Under the pieces are notes generated by a model, which saw nothing but the letters and a program-made list of their open reading frames with translations, was not told the DNA's origin and ran no database searches. This document shows positions 1-10,897 of a stretch of DNA of 64,000 bases, piece by piece. The stretch's first letter is position 1, and every line of letters starts with the position of its first letter. The DNA is taken from contig CAVYYI010000001.1 in the NCBI GenBank assembly GCA_963772725.1, positions 1,184,001-1,248,000 on the forward strand. The letters are read 5' to 3'. A program made the position numbers and the translations under genes. The DNA comes from an uncultured Phycisphaerales bacterium (lineage in GTDB: Bacteria > Planctomycetota > Phycisphaerae > Sedimentisphaerales > Anaerobacaceae).

Positions 1-2
1 CT

Positions 3-506
3 TATGTTACTAACTACAGAATCAGCTATGTGTATTACAACTATCCGGAACTGTCCAGCCATACAAGGGCAAGCGCCGACCTGCAGGAAATAAACGGTAT
101 GTTTTCCTGGCCCAAAATTCTCGGCGTAGATGGCCTGGTTCCAAGTTATGTTCTTGTAAAACTGTGGCCGTCAAACAGCGAATCAACTGCTTCCGAGGCT
201 TCCGGTTTTGCTCATATCTTTATGCTTGATTATGCCCTTCACACGGTATGCCCAATAACAGGCGGCAACAGGGTTATTAATCTGCACTCTGAGGTTATTT
301 ACAATGACGGTGTTGACCCCCGCGGAGGCGGAACAGGTGTTGACCATGACTGGTCAAACGCTGTATTTGGTGCCTCAACAGACTTTAGCCTTGCCAAGAA
401 TCTTGTTTTCACACCTGGAATTTATTACCAGATAACTATGGATAAATCAGTCAATACCAACAAGAACGAAACATGGGCAATGGCGAATTTAAGCTATAAA
501 TTTTAA
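3..506 (+). CDS. Outer-membrane beta-barrel-like protein, C-terminal part (5' truncated by window edge)
   Basis: Frame is open from the window start; alternating beta-strand pattern and C-terminal ...ANLSYKF with terminal Phe typical of OMPs; followed by a terminator. Confidence 0.55.
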   Translation, partial: YVTNYRISYVYYNYPELSSHTRASADLQEINGMFSWPKILGVDGLVPSYVLVKLWPSNSESTASEASGFAHIFMLDYALHTVCPITGGNRVINLHSEVIYNDGVDPRGGGTGVDHDWSNAVFGASTDFSLAKNLVFTPGIYYQITMDKSVNTNKNETWAMANLSYKF

Positions 507-532
507 TGTTAAGCTTCGATTTAAATTAACAG

Positions 533-569
533 AAAAAAGGCCGGTTCATTTGAATGACCGGCCTTTTTT
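533..569. terminator. Bidirectional intrinsic terminator
   Basis: AAAAAAGGCCGG(T)TCATT-TG-AATGACCGGCCTTTTTT hairpin with A/T tails between convergent genes. Confidence 0.85.
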
Positions 570-597
570 ATTTTTACCGTCGTCGGCAGCTCAATTA

Positions 598-1584
598 CTA
601 AAACATTCTTTTCACTACAAAATTCGCAGTTTCAATCAAAGCTTCCTTGGCGTTACTGTCATGCAGATTTATTAATGAGGCTGTCGCCGCCTCTGCGTAT
701 TCCTTAGCACAGTTGTATGAATATTCAACACTGCCGCAAGACTTCAGCTTTCCCGCAAGGCGGTCTCTGCCTTTACCGTCGGAACTTAATATTCTCGTTA
801 TTGTCTCTTTCTCTTTCCGGCTGACAGTTCTCAAAAGATGTATTACCGCTAAAGTGAGTTTGTTCTTGTCAAAATCCCTGCCCGGTGTTTTCCCGGTTTT
901 ACCTTTATCACCAATAATATCGAGCAGGTCATCGACTATCTGAAATGCTATGCCAACATTCAGACCAAACTCGGCAAGTGCTTTGGCCGTACTTTCATTT
1001 GCCTGCGACAGCAACGCTCCCGAGTAACAGCAGTTACTGAAAAATATGGCGCTTTTACGTGTTATTATATCTATATATTCTTCTTCGCTTAACTCAAAAT
1101 TTCTTCTTTGAGTTATCTGATTTATCTCGCCTTTGCAGATTTCCCCAGCCGAATCACTGATTATTCTGATGATTCTTGGCTCCAAATCAACACACATCCG
1201 CAGTACCCTGGTCAATAGGAAATCACCCAGCAAAACTGCTGATTCGTTACCAAATAGCCTGTTTATAGTAGGCATTCCACGCCTTTCTCTGCCGTCATCC
1301 ATAACATCATCATGAAAAAGCGTGGCATTGTGAATCATTTCCGTAATAGCAGCGATACGAATATGGCTTTGCGAAATGCCACCGCAGCACAACCCACTAA
1401 GCAAAACGAGGCCTGACCGGAGCATCTTGCCATGCATTGCACCGCATACCGAATCCATCATCTTGACTATTTCCTCGGAAGCGTCACTTACTATGCAGGA
1501 CAGCATAAGCTCCTTTACCTGCCCCAATTCGTTCTCGATTGGCTTAAAAATACCAGATAAATAATCAGTTGTTAATGATTGCAT
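598..1584 (-). CDS. Polyprenyl diphosphate synthase (IspB/HepT-like)
   Basis: Two Asp-rich motifs FHDDVMD..RRG and FQIVDDLLD; GKMLR; GDFLL. Confidence 0.9.
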   Translation of the reverse strand: MQSLTTDYLSGIFKPIENELGQVKELMLSCIVSDASEEIVKMMDSVCGAMHGKMLRSGLVLLSGLCCGGISQSHIRIAAITEMIHNATLFHDDVMDDGRERRGMPTINRLFGNESAVLLGDFLLTRVLRMCVDLEPRIIRIISDSAGEICKGEINQITQRRNFELSEEEYIDIITRKSAIFFSNCCYSGALLSQANESTAKALAEFGLNVGIAFQIVDDLLDIIGDKGKTGKTPGRDFDKNKLTLAVIHLLRTVSRKEKETITRILSSDGKGRDRLAGKLKSCGSVEYSYNCAKEYAEAATASLINLHDSNAKEALIETANFVVKRMF

Positions 1585-1656
1585 AATGCCCCAAAGAAAG
1601 CTTTAAATTTTGAACGCCCCCCCTGCTCACAATATAGTGTTTCGCAGAGAATAAAA

Positions 1657-2559
1657 CTATTTTTCCTTTCTTCTGGCATACTCAAAAAATCTTTTTCTCA
1701 GCAGTTTGGTAACATCCCCCGGCCTGCCTTCACCTATGCTCCTGCCGTCGATTTCCACTACACCAATCACCTCTGCCGCCGTTCCCGTAAGGAAAAACTC
1801 GTCACACACATATAAATCAAACCTTGTCAGATTTTTTTCCACTACCGGCAGTTTCTCCTTTTGGGCTAATCTCATCACAACACCGCGAGTTATCCCCTCC
1901 AACGCGCCGGCCTCAATGGGCGGCGTATAAACCGTGCCATCTTTCACAATGAACACGTTATCCCCCGTCGCCTCCGCGACAAATCCCTCGTGATTATACA
2001 TAACCGCTTCAGGCACATTGTTATCCAAAGCCTCAATCTTGGCTAAAATATTATTAAGATAATTCAAACTCTTAACTTGCGGCGGAATCGACAGCGGATG
2101 ATTGCGAACCGTCGTCGCGCTTATTATCTTCATACCTTTTTCATAAAGCTCCTCAGGATAAAGTTGGACATTGTCCGCTATGATAAACACTTGTGAGGTT
2201 TCACACGTAAAAGGATTTAATCCAAGCGCACCGATACCACGCGTAATCACCAGACGAATATATCCGTCAACAACCTCGTTTGCTTTGACTGTCCCCTCGG
2301 TCGCCTCAATCAATTCTTTCTTGCTCATCGGTATCTCAATACGAATGACTTTCGCAGATTCGTAAAGACGCTTAATATGAGCATCAAGCTCAAATATGTT
2401 CCCGTCATAAACGCGTATCCCCTCGAAAACGCCGTCCCCGTAAAGCAGCCCGTGGTCAAAAACCGATATTTTCGCGTCAGCCTCATCAACCAGCCCTTTG
2501 CCAAGCCATATCTTCAATCCCATCGCTTGTTTTCCTTTTTCATCTTTCTTCATTATCAA
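1657..2559 (-). CDS. ilvE: Branched-chain amino acid aminotransferase (class IV PLP)
   Basis: DHGLLYGDGVFEGIR, KSLNYLNN, EATGDNVF, LEGITR, FLTGTAAE motifs; true start may be 2523 or 2553. Confidence 0.92.
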   Translation of the reverse strand: MIMKKDEKGKQAMGLKIWLGKGLVDEADAKISVFDHGLLYGDGVFEGIRVYDGNIFELDAHIKRLYESAKVIRIEIPMSKKELIEATEGTVKANEVVDGYIRLVITRGIGALGLNPFTCETSQVFIIADNVQLYPEELYEKGMKIISATTVRNHPLSIPPQVKSLNYLNNILAKIEALDNNVPEAVMYNHEGFVAEATGDNVFIVKDGTVYTPPIEAGALEGITRGVVMRLAQKEKLPVVEKNLTRFDLYVCDEFFLTGTAAEVIGVVEIDGRSIGEGRPGDVTKLLRKRFFEYARRKEK

Positions 2560-3255
2560 CTTTCTATCTTACCATCTTTCAGTGCTATTATACGCCCAGC
2601 TTTCTTAGCTATTCTTTCATCATGGGTAACCATAACAATCGTCTGGCCCGCACGATTCAGTTCTTCAAATATATTTAGAATACCATTTCCTGTGGCAGAA
2701 TCAAGATTTCCTGTCGGTTCATCAGCCAAAAGTACCTCCGGCTCATTCATCAACGCCCTGCCAATAGCCGCTCTTTGTCGCTCGCCGCCCGACAACTGAT
2801 ACGGCTTATGCTCCGCTCTTTCGCTCAATCCAAGCCGCTCAATCAACTCTGCCGCACGTTTCTTCGCGGTTTTTCGACCTGCAAACCAGCCTATCGTACT
2901 ATTGGACGCCATCGCAGGAAGATAAACATTTTCCAGCACGCTTAATTCGTCCAGAAGATGGTAGAACTGAAAAACAAATCCCACTTTTTTATTACGAAAC
3001 TTGTTTAATTCTCTGCTGCCGTATCGGCTTAAATCCCCGCCGTTAAATTTTACCGTACCTTTATCCGGCCTGTCCAATGCCCCAAGAATATGCAGCAAAG
3101 TCGCTCTTCCCGCTGCCGGACGCCCCAACTATCGCGATGAATTCACTTTGTTTTATTGCAAGATTCACCCCTTTGAGTACTTTAACCTCTGCCGCTCCCA
3201 GCCGATAGCTTTTATAAAGCCCTTCAGCCCTCATTATGAATTCATTGTTGCTCAC
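2556..3255 (-). CDS. lolD: LolD-like ABC transporter ATP-binding protein (1-bp frameshift near 3103, probably a sequencing error)
   Basis: Walker A GASGSGKS|TLL is split across two ORFs by one extra G; LSGGERQR, LLADEPTGNLD, VTHD; downstream of two LolC/E permeases. Confidence 0.8.
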
Positions 3256-4604
3256 AACTGGCTCACCTGCAATGTCTCTACCGGCTTCATCCTTGCCGCC
3301 TGCCAGCTCGGAATAAACGCTCCCAGCAGGCACGCAGCTATCGCCGAAATTATTATTACTCCCAAAACTTTCAAATCCAGCGTATTTGGAATACTTCCTA
3401 TAGCATAAATAGTCCTGTTCCACAACTGAAATCCGAAATGCCTGAACAGCCAGTCCTCTATCTCATTGATATGCACAAGGAACTGCCACCCGCAGACAGA
3501 CCCAGCCGCCGAACCGAAAACACCAAGCATAAAAGCATACCCCAGGAACAACTGCACAATATTACCGCTGGATGCCCCGACGCTTTTCAGTATGCCGATG
3601 TCCTTGCTCTTGTGACTGATAACCATATAAAAAACCACGAACACAATAAAAACCGTTGTCAGCCCCACAAGCAGAAACATAACTGACAGCATTATTTGTT
3701 CCTTTTCCATAGGCGCGATAAATGCCCGCCTATACTCCTTCCAGCTTTGCACAGCTACCGTACCAAACAAATCTGCATAATTTTCGCCGGTTTTTTCCTT
3801 CACAAACTGAACCCACAGCGATTTCACTTTGCTGCACCCGTCATCAAGTTTCACGCCAGGCTTGAATTTTATCTGAATCGCGCTTGCCCTTTTCACGGGC
3901 AAATCCATCCCGCAAAGTTTCTGGGCATCATCGAAGGGCAAATAAATCAGTGAATTGTCCGTGCGTGCCAAACCTGTCTGCACCATGTCGCTGTAATAAA
4001 ATGTTTTTGTATTCACCTCTCCGCCGCCTGCTTTGGCAAGAGCGCCTTTTACGGTCAGTGGGAAAATGCTTATGCGAAGCTCCCTCCTGACAGGATACGC
4101 TTCATACGGATAGCTTCCATCGGGATTCCTCTCTAATATTCTGTCGATACCGACTACACATCCTGGCAGATTCGGGCCATAATCAGGTTTAAAAGCATCC
4201 AAAGGTTTATCTCTGTTATAATACAGCATTTGGCTAAAACCAGTAACATTGCTGTATGTGGCGGGGTCAATACCCATTGTCTCAAATCCAATATTTTGCT
4301 CTCCGCTGCTCGGACTAACCAGCGCATAACTCCTGATAACAGCCGATGCCCCTTCCGCCAAATCATTCTGTAATTTGAGTTTATCCAAAAAATCCTGATA
4401 ATATGCAAAACCAACCAGCGAATCCGTGCTGATGATACAATCCCCGACGAAATTATGATTCTTGTTTTTGAAGTCGCTTACTAAGCCGGTCATCACCGTC
4501 ATAACCACAACAACTATAAAAACGCATACGGCCACCGCTGTAAGCGCCAGATAACTGATGCGCCGCCCGAACAAATACCGCAATGCCAGAATAACCTTAT
4601 ACAT
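3252..4604 (-). CDS. LolC/E-family ABC transporter permease
   Basis: LALRYL N-terminal TM, large periplasmic domain, KSKDIGILKSVGAS motif, IPSWQAARMKPVETL C-terminus. Confidence 0.85.
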   Translation of the reverse strand: MYKVILALRYLFGRRISYLALTAVAVCVFIVVVVMTVMTGLVSDFKNKNHNFVGDCIISTDSLVGFAYYQDFLDKLKLQNDLAEGASAVIRSYALVSPSSGEQNIGFETMGIDPATYSNVTGFSQMLYYNRDKPLDAFKPDYGPNLPGCVVGIDRILERNPDGSYPYEAYPVRRELRISIFPLTVKGALAKAGGGEVNTKTFYYSDMVQTGLARTDNSLIYLPFDDAQKLCGMDLPVKRASAIQIKFKPGVKLDDGCSKVKSLWVQFVKEKTGENYADLFGTVAVQSWKEYRRAFIAPMEKEQIMLSVMFLLVGLTTVFIVFVVFYMVISHKSKDIGILKSVGASSGNIVQLFLGYAFMLGVFGSAAGSVCGWQFLVHINEIEDWLFRHFGFQLWNRTIYAIGSIPNTLDLKVLGVIIISAIAACLLGAFIPSWQAARMKPVETLQVSQL

Positions 4605-4612
4605 TCATTAAC

Positions 4613-5956
4613 CTATTCATACCTCAGAATTTTAACAGGCTTCACTCTCACAGCCACAATCGCAGGCACCAGTGCACCAAGCATTGCCGCCGCAACCGCG
4701 AATAGCACTATCGTCATCGCTGAATGCCAATCCACCTCGTTCGGTATTCTGCTGAACATATAAACACTGCTCTTCCATAATTTCAGCCCGAAAATTATAC
4801 TTATACTTCTGTCAACGAGATTAATATTTCTTGTTATGATATATCCTATCCCCGTTCCCAACGCTGCGCCGATTATTCCGACGCACATGCCGAACCCGAT
4901 AAATATCAACATAACCGAACCGCTTGTCGCTCCGCAGCTCTTTATCACGGCAATATCCTTTTGCTTGGTTATCACAATCATATAGAATATGCAGAATATC
5001 AATAACGCCACGCCGCAGCTTATAACTCCGAATATAACCAGCAGAAGGTCCATCTGTTTTCTAAATTCCGCAATATACCGGCTTTGCATCTCTTTTGCAG
5101 TCTCAATACTCGTAAGGCTTATCATACCTGAATCCCATCCCAACTCACGCTCTGCGAACACCTGCCACGCGCCTCTTATCTGCGCAAGCACTGTATCCGT
5201 ATTCGCACCATCGGCAAGCTTAATTTGAATCTGCTGCGCAATTGAACCTTTCTGATCAGGATATATTATCTTCTGCAATTCCTTTATCGGAAGATAAATA
5301 AACGTTTTATCTGCTTCATACAATCCGCTGAAAACAACATCTGCTACAGTAAAAGCTGCTGTCCTTCTCCTGAATTGTGGTTTCTCGCTGTCGCCTTTTA
5401 CCTCTGTTACAGCCCCGGTAGTAAGTACCACCTGCTGGCCTATTATCTCCTTAGCCTTATCAAAATCATATTCATCAGTAATCTCATTCGGCTCACTTAT
5501 AAGCCCTATCCCCAAAAAGCCGCCAATCTTGTCCGGTGAACCCGCAACAGCGAATGAAGCATCCTCTTTAAAGCCCTTTTGCCTGAGAAGGAACCGGTCA
5601 AAACCGCTAACTGTTGCCCTCGACGCCGCGTCTATTCCCCACACCTCCACTGCGACAACGTTCCCGGTTCCAATGTGCAAAAGCCCCGGCGCCGACAGTG
5701 CAGGCGTAGCCGCCTCCACCTGTTTAATCTTTTTTAACTGCTCTATAAGCTCCGGATATTTTGAAAAATTCTTAGGCGGGGCAATAACAACATCCCCAAG
5801 CGTATCGACCGCGCTTCGTTCGAATGCGTTGATAAAACCGTTGAACAGGCTCGAGACAACTATCAGCAAAGCCACCGAAAGCCCCACCGCGATGATGCTC
5901 AGAAATACAATTTTCTTTTTGCGAAGGTATCTCAGCCACAAAAATATTTTCAGCAT
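4613..5956 (-). CDS. LolC/E-family ABC transporter permease
   Basis: WLRYLRKKK, KQKDIAVIKSCGAT, PAIVAVRVKPVKILRYE; start placed at MLKIF. Confidence 0.85.
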   Translation of the reverse strand: MLKIFLWLRYLRKKKIVFLSIIAVGLSVALLIVVSSLFNGFINAFERSAVDTLGDVVIAPPKNFSKYPELIEQLKKIKQVEAATPALSAPGLLHIGTGNVVAVEVWGIDAASRATVSGFDRFLLRQKGFKEDASFAVAGSPDKIGGFLGIGLISEPNEITDEYDFDKAKEIIGQQVVLTTGAVTEVKGDSEKPQFRRRTAAFTVADVVFSGLYEADKTFIYLPIKELQKIIYPDQKGSIAQQIQIKLADGANTDTVLAQIRGAWQVFAERELGWDSGMISLTSIETAKEMQSRYIAEFRKQMDLLLVIFGVISCGVALLIFCIFYMIVITKQKDIAVIKSCGATSGSVMLIFIGFGMCVGIIGAALGTGIGYIITRNINLVDRSISIIFGLKLWKSSVYMFSRIPNEVDWHSAMTIVLFAVAAAMLGALVPAIVAVRVKPVKILRYE

Positions 5957-5976
5957 ATAGCAATCCAAAAACATTT

Positions 5977-6053
5977 TTAACCATGAATAAACACAAATTA
6001 ACACAAATATTTTTTATTGTTCTTTGTGTTTATTCGTGTTCATTTGTGGTTAA
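5977..6053. repeat. Imperfect inverted repeat built from 9-bp periodic units (REP-like)
   Basis: TTAACCATGAATAAACACAAATTAACACAAA ... TTTGTGTTTATTCGTGTTCATTTGTGGTTAA; similar half-sites at 13043 and 50335. Confidence 0.7.
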
Positions 6054-7504
6054 TTTTTCTTCTCTGGTTTTAGCAATGGAAACAGCACCACATCACGAAT
6101 GCTCGTCGCTCCAGATAGCACCATCACTAATCTGTCAATCCCGATTCCAAGCCCGCCTGCGGGAGGCATCCCGTACTTCAACGCTGTTATAAAATCCTCA
6201 TCCATCGTCGCCATTGTCTCTTCCTGCCCCTTAAGCTGTATCCTGAAATTCTCTTCCTGAACCATCGGGTCATTCAATTCTGTATATGCGTTAGCCAGTT
6301 CCATCTTTGCGATGAATAACTCGAAGCGCTCGGCATATTTTGGATTGCTCTTGCTCCGCTTTGTCAAAGGACACAAAGCCGCCGGATAATCAATCACGAA
6401 CGTAGGATTGATAAGATGCTCCTCAACTGTCGCCTCGAACACCTCATTGACAACCACCACGTCGTCCATTTTTGCCTCATCGAGACCGAGCCGCCTCGCT
6501 TTTTCACGAACAGCCGCTATATCCTCAATATCACAGCCGCCGTATTCTTTCAGTAAATCCGCATATTTTCTCCGCTGCCATGGTTTGCTGAAATCTATCG
6601 TCATCCCGTCAAACTCAAGCTTGTCCCCTGCACAGTGTTTAGAAACAGCCTCGCAGATTATCCCTTCCGCAAGCTCCATCATCACATTATAATCACCGTA
6701 AGCCTGATAAAGTTCCATCATCGTAAATTCAGGATTATGCCTTCTGCTCAGGCCCTCATTGCGAAAATTACGATTTATCTCGAACACCTTTTCCATCCCG
6801 CCCACCAGCAGCCTTTTCAAAAACAATTCCGGCGCGATTCGCAGATACAAATCCATATCCAGCGTATTATGGTGCGTTATAAAAGGCCTCGCCGCCGCCC
6901 CACCCGCTACCGTTTGCATCATCGGCGTCTCAACTTCAAGAAATCCCTTACCACGCAAAAACTCGCGTATCGTAGAGATTATTGCGCTTCGCTTTTTGAA
7001 AAGCTCCATCACATCGGGATTTACCCACAAATCCACATACCTCTGCCGGTAACGCAAATCAACATCCGCCAAACCGTGCCACTTTTCCGGCGGCTGCTTA
7101 AGCGACTTGCTCAGAAGCATTACACCGGTCGTCCAGATGGTTATTTCACCTGTTTTGGTCTTGCCAAGCTGACCTTCAGCCCCGATTATATCCCCAGCTT
7201 CAAAAAGTTTCACAAGAGGCCATTGTTCTGCCATAAGCTTCTGGCTCAATCCTATCTGAATTGTCCCGCTCCAGTCGCGAAGCGTCATAAAAATCAGCTT
7301 GCCCATGTCACGCAGCAGAACAATCCTGCCGGCGCATTTGGCCTGCTGATTTGGGTCATCATCCTTATATCTTGCTTTGACACTCGCCGCCGATTCCGTC
7401 CCCTCATACCTCCCGCCATAAGGGTCTATATTCAATTCCTTAATGCGGCCAAGTTTTTCCTGCCTTTGCTGTTCCAGCCTGTTTATATCTTCCGTACTTG
7501 CCAA
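6050..7504 (-). CDS. lysS: Lysine--tRNA ligase (class II)
   Basis: YRQRYVDL, EVETPMM, GGAAARPF, LRIAPELFLKRL, FRNEG, HNPEFTM, YGMPPAGGLGIGIDRL. Confidence 0.97.
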   Translation of the reverse strand: MASTEDINRLEQQRQEKLGRIKELNIDPYGGRYEGTESAASVKARYKDDDPNQQAKCAGRIVLLRDMGKLIFMTLRDWSGTIQIGLSQKLMAEQWPLVKLFEAGDIIGAEGQLGKTKTGEITIWTTGVMLLSKSLKQPPEKWHGLADVDLRYRQRYVDLWVNPDVMELFKKRSAIISTIREFLRGKGFLEVETPMMQTVAGGAAARPFITHHNTLDMDLYLRIAPELFLKRLLVGGMEKVFEINRNFRNEGLSRRHNPEFTMMELYQAYGDYNVMMELAEGIICEAVSKHCAGDKLEFDGMTIDFSKPWQRRKYADLLKEYGGCDIEDIAAVREKARRLGLDEAKMDDVVVVNEVFEATVEEHLINPTFVIDYPAALCPLTKRSKSNPKYAERFELFIAKMELANAYTELNDPMVQEENFRIQLKGQEETMATMDEDFITALKYGMPPAGGLGIGIDRLVMVLSGATSIRDVVLFPLLKPEKKN

Positions 7505-7580
7505 CTATACACTCCTTTTAGCCAATCTCAAATCAACCTTGCTAAGCTTCTATTTTCCCGAAAACCACGAACAATAAAAA

Positions 7581-9812
7581 TCAATTTGAACATATCGGAA
7601 GAATCTTGGTCTTGGCGACCAGAATTGCTATCGCCAACTGAGGGTCAGCCCCAAGCGTCTCTTTAATAGTATGTTTCCTGCTTTCCGCTGCGTCGCTTCC
7701 GTTATTATGACCGACCCTAAACAGCACGTCGTTGTCTTTCTGAACTTCGAGCATCTTCTTCAGCTCATCGCTTCTCAGCTTCACCTCAACATCAGGCCCT
7801 ACTCCCCAGTCGCTCCTGCCCAGTTTCTTCATCGCGTCCTGACTTTCAACTTTTTGGCCTGATGGCAGATGATAATATGCCATTGTATATTTCAGTTTCG
7901 CCCCGTCCTGGGGATAATTTGTTATCGTCTGAACGCTGCCTTTACCGTAAGTTCGCTCGCCCACCAAAACAGCGCGTTTATGTTCCGGGTCCTGCAAAGC
8001 GCCGGCTACAATTTCAGAAGCGCTTGCTGAATACGAATTTATAAGTATCACAAGAGGATAATCTCTGGCCGTTCCTTCCCTGGTCGCGTATGCGTATGTG
8101 GGCATTCCAAGTACCGGCCGGGGCCTTGTGCTTACTATCAATCCCTTATCAATAAATTTATCGACAATTTCAATTGCGGTATTCAAAAAACCGCCCGAAT
8201 CAAACCGCAAATCCAATATCAGTCCTTTCATACCTTCGGTCTCAAGCTGCTTAAGAGCGTCTTCAAAATCGGACGCGGTTTTTTCTGAAAAACTGGTAAT
8301 GCGGACATACCCAATCTTCTCGTTCGGGTCAACCATATAAAGCCATTTGCCCGCCTGTGTTCTTTGCCATCCCCGGATAGTCTGAACCGTTATCTTCGCC
8401 CTGGTTAAAGTAATGTCCCTGCTCTTGTCTTCGCCGTGATGCCTTATGGTTAATTTTACCTTCGTGCCGGCAGGTCCGGTTATATTTTTCACCGCGCAGT
8501 TCAGGCTCATATCCTTTGTCGGAATACCGTCAACCTTTTCTATAATATCACTCGCATCAAGACTGGAGTTATAAGCGGGCGTATCAGGCAAAAGACTCGC
8601 CACTGTAAGCTGGCCTTTGTCTTTATTAATCTCTATCCCGATGCCGGTAAATTCATTGGTCATCATTTTATCAAAATCCTGAACCTGCCTCGGCCAAACC
8701 ATTACCGTATAAGGGTCAAGCGAGGATAATGCCGCTTCTGAAAACTGCGCTATAAGAACCTTCTCAGGCAGCATCATCGTTGAGGTATTAAGCTTAAGTG
8801 TCTTCTCAAAAACGCTGATGAATTTATCCTTGCTTATACCAGTAAGCGATTGCCTCACTTCTTCACGTATTACATCCAGACCCGATAGCCACTGGCCGTT
8901 TTTATCGCTTTGTATTTCGTATCCAGCCTTACGGACAAGTGACGCGTCTATCGTCATCACTTCGCCAAGCAGCTTACATCGTTCGAGCGATTTATCCGCC
9001 ATCGCCGCGTAATCCACTATCCCGACATAGCTGAAATTAAGGACATTAATTGCCCTTATAAACATATCACCTCTTATACCGGTATAACGCTCTTTGCTTG
9101 TCTCACACGGGCTGTCCTCAAACGATGCGACAATCTCGGCCTTATCGACAAGCCGTTCAGCATAATCTGAATAAGATTTATTGTCCTTATCTATCGCCGA
9201 CAGCCAGCTGTAACACATCAAATATGCGTCAATCCATTTACCCTTAGCCTCAAATGAGCTTGCCTTATCTATCGCCCTCTGAAAAGTCTGTTTTACAAAA
9301 GCATCCTCAAGAAGTTCTTTTTTCTGTCCTTCGTCGGCAAATTCACTTGCTTTGGAGATAACAGAAAGCACCTTGACGAGGTCATTAACATCATTAACAT
9401 CGTTTACATCACCGTGAGTATTCACATCATCGTGTTCTTTCTTTTGCTTTTCAATTTTAGCCAGTTCAGCAAATTGCTCCTCATAAGCCGCTTTTTTGGC
9501 CGCCTGCCGCCGCTGCTCTATGGTTTCGTAACCCCCGACAACTTTGCCAAGTTCCTCGATAGACGGATTACCCGGCTCATTAACCTCAATGAGAAGCTTT
9601 TGCGCACCAGTAAAATCACCTTTTAATATATCCGTGCAAATTTGCTCAGTCACCCGGCTGCGACTCACAGATGTCTTGTTGGGATCACCAACGGATTCAC
9701 TTCGTCGGACAGGCGAGGGCTCGGCAATTACACACGATGGAACATATAACAAACAAATCAGAAGTAAACCTGTCAGAATTGCTTTTGTCCTGTTCATACG
9801 CTCAAAAATCAT
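7581..9812 (-). CDS. S41 family C-terminal processing protease with PDZ domain and long N-terminal extension
   Basis: LDPYT, FTGIGI, GYVRITSF, ILDLRFDSGG, SASASEIVAGALQD, GERTYGKGSVQ; N-terminal signal peptide. Confidence 0.92.
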   Translation of the reverse strand: MIFERMNRTKAILTGLLLICLLYVPSCVIAEPSPVRRSESVGDPNKTSVSRSRVTEQICTDILKGDFTGAQKLLIEVNEPGNPSIEELGKVVGGYETIEQRRQAAKKAAYEEQFAELAKIEKQKKEHDDVNTHGDVNDVNDVNDLVKVLSVISKASEFADEGQKKELLEDAFVKQTFQRAIDKASSFEAKGKWIDAYLMCYSWLSAIDKDNKSYSDYAERLVDKAEIVASFEDSPCETSKERYTGIRGDMFIRAINVLNFSYVGIVDYAAMADKSLERCKLLGEVMTIDASLVRKAGYEIQSDKNGQWLSGLDVIREEVRQSLTGISKDKFISVFEKTLKLNTSTMMLPEKVLIAQFSEAALSSLDPYTVMVWPRQVQDFDKMMTNEFTGIGIEINKDKGQLTVASLLPDTPAYNSSLDASDIIEKVDGIPTKDMSLNCAVKNITGPAGTKVKLTIRHHGEDKSRDITLTRAKITVQTIRGWQRTQAGKWLYMVDPNEKIGYVRITSFSEKTASDFEDALKQLETEGMKGLILDLRFDSGGFLNTAIEIVDKFIDKGLIVSTRPRPVLGMPTYAYATREGTARDYPLVILINSYSASASEIVAGALQDPEHKRAVLVGERTYGKGSVQTITNYPQDGAKLKYTMAYYHLPSGQKVESQDAMKKLGRSDWGVGPDVEVKLRSDELKKMLEVQKDNDVLFRVGHNNGSDAAESRKHTIKETLGADPQLAIAILVAKTKILPICSN

Positions 9813-9920
9813 AGTTCTATAAAACTTTCAGAATAAAAAATAAAACCGCACGGCAAAACCTCAAAGGCCTGCCCTTTCATCTATACTGCTCGTATGGGAC
9901 GGAAAACTTCGCTGTTCTGC

Positions 9921-10871
9921 TTACAGACACTCACCAGCCTTGCCTGCGCAGCCTAATACGTGAAGTTTATGCTTGACCATCTTTTCTATCGCGTCCCTGG
10001 CAGGACCAAGATATTTACGCGGGTCGAACTCCGTCGGATTTTCCCAGAAAACCTGCCTGATTTTTGCCGTCAGCGCCATCCGCAAATCGGTATCAATATT
10101 GACCTTGCAAATCGCCTTCTTTGCCGCCTCAGTAATCGCTGATTCCGGCACACCCATCGCGTCAGGCATCTTCCCGCCATATTTATTGATAAGGTCCTTA
10201 AATTCCTTCAAAACGCTGCTCGAACCATGCATTACCAGAGGGAATCCCGGCAGCTTTTTCATTATTTTATCAATTACGTCCATCGCCAGCTTGGGTTCAC
10301 TTTTAAACTTATACGCCCCATGACTGGTTCCGCAGGCCACGGCGAGCGAATCGCAACCAGATTTCTCCACAAACTCCACCGCCTGCTCAGGGTCTGTAAC
10401 GTGCTTTAATACATCATCATGGCTTACGCCGATAACGTCTTCCTCTATGCCGCCGAGCTGCCCCAGTTCCGCTTCCACCATAACATCATACTTATGGGCA
10501 TACTCAACTACCTTCTTTGTAATCGCTATATTCTCCTCAAAAGGCTTATGAGACGCGTCTATCATCACCGATGTAAAACCATCGTCAACACACTGTTTGC
10601 ACAGTTCGAACGTATCGCCATGGTCGAGATGCATACAAATCGGAATGTCCGGATTTTCCTTAACCGCGACATCTATAATCGCTTTAAGATAACTCATGCT
10701 CGCGTAAGACCTCGCACCCTTTGATATCTGAAGAATAAGCGGTGACTTCTCCGACGCTATCGCGCTCATTATGCCCTGGGTTATTTCCATGTTGTTCACA
10801 TTGAACGCACCAACCGCAAAGTGGTTCTTATATGCCATTTTGAACATCTTTTTCGTATTAACCAACGCCAT
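9921..10871 (-). CDS. fba: Class II fructose-1,6-bisphosphate aldolase
   Basis: HLDHG, SVMIDAS, VEAELG, GTSHGAYK, VMHGSSS, KVNIDTD, FDPRKYLGP; GGAG RBS. Confidence 0.95.
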   Translation of the reverse strand: MALVNTKKMFKMAYKNHFAVGAFNVNNMEITQGIMSAIASEKSPLILQISKGARSYASMSYLKAIIDVAVKENPDIPICMHLDHGDTFELCKQCVDDGFTSVMIDASHKPFEENIAITKKVVEYAHKYDVMVEAELGQLGGIEEDVIGVSHDDVLKHVTDPEQAVEFVEKSGCDSLAVACGTSHGAYKFKSEPKLAMDVIDKIMKKLPGFPLVMHGSSSVLKEFKDLINKYGGKMPDAMGVPESAITEAAKKAICKVNIDTDLRMALTAKIRQVFWENPTEFDPRKYLGPARDAIEKMVKHKLHVLGCAGKAGECL

Positions 10872-10897
10872 TCCAGTCTCCTTTTTATATCTTTTCT

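Noticed and set aside
6635..7666. 343-aa antisense ORF over lysS and other antisense ORFs in the track
   Set aside because: Shadow frames of well-supported genes on the opposite strand with no recognisable motifs.
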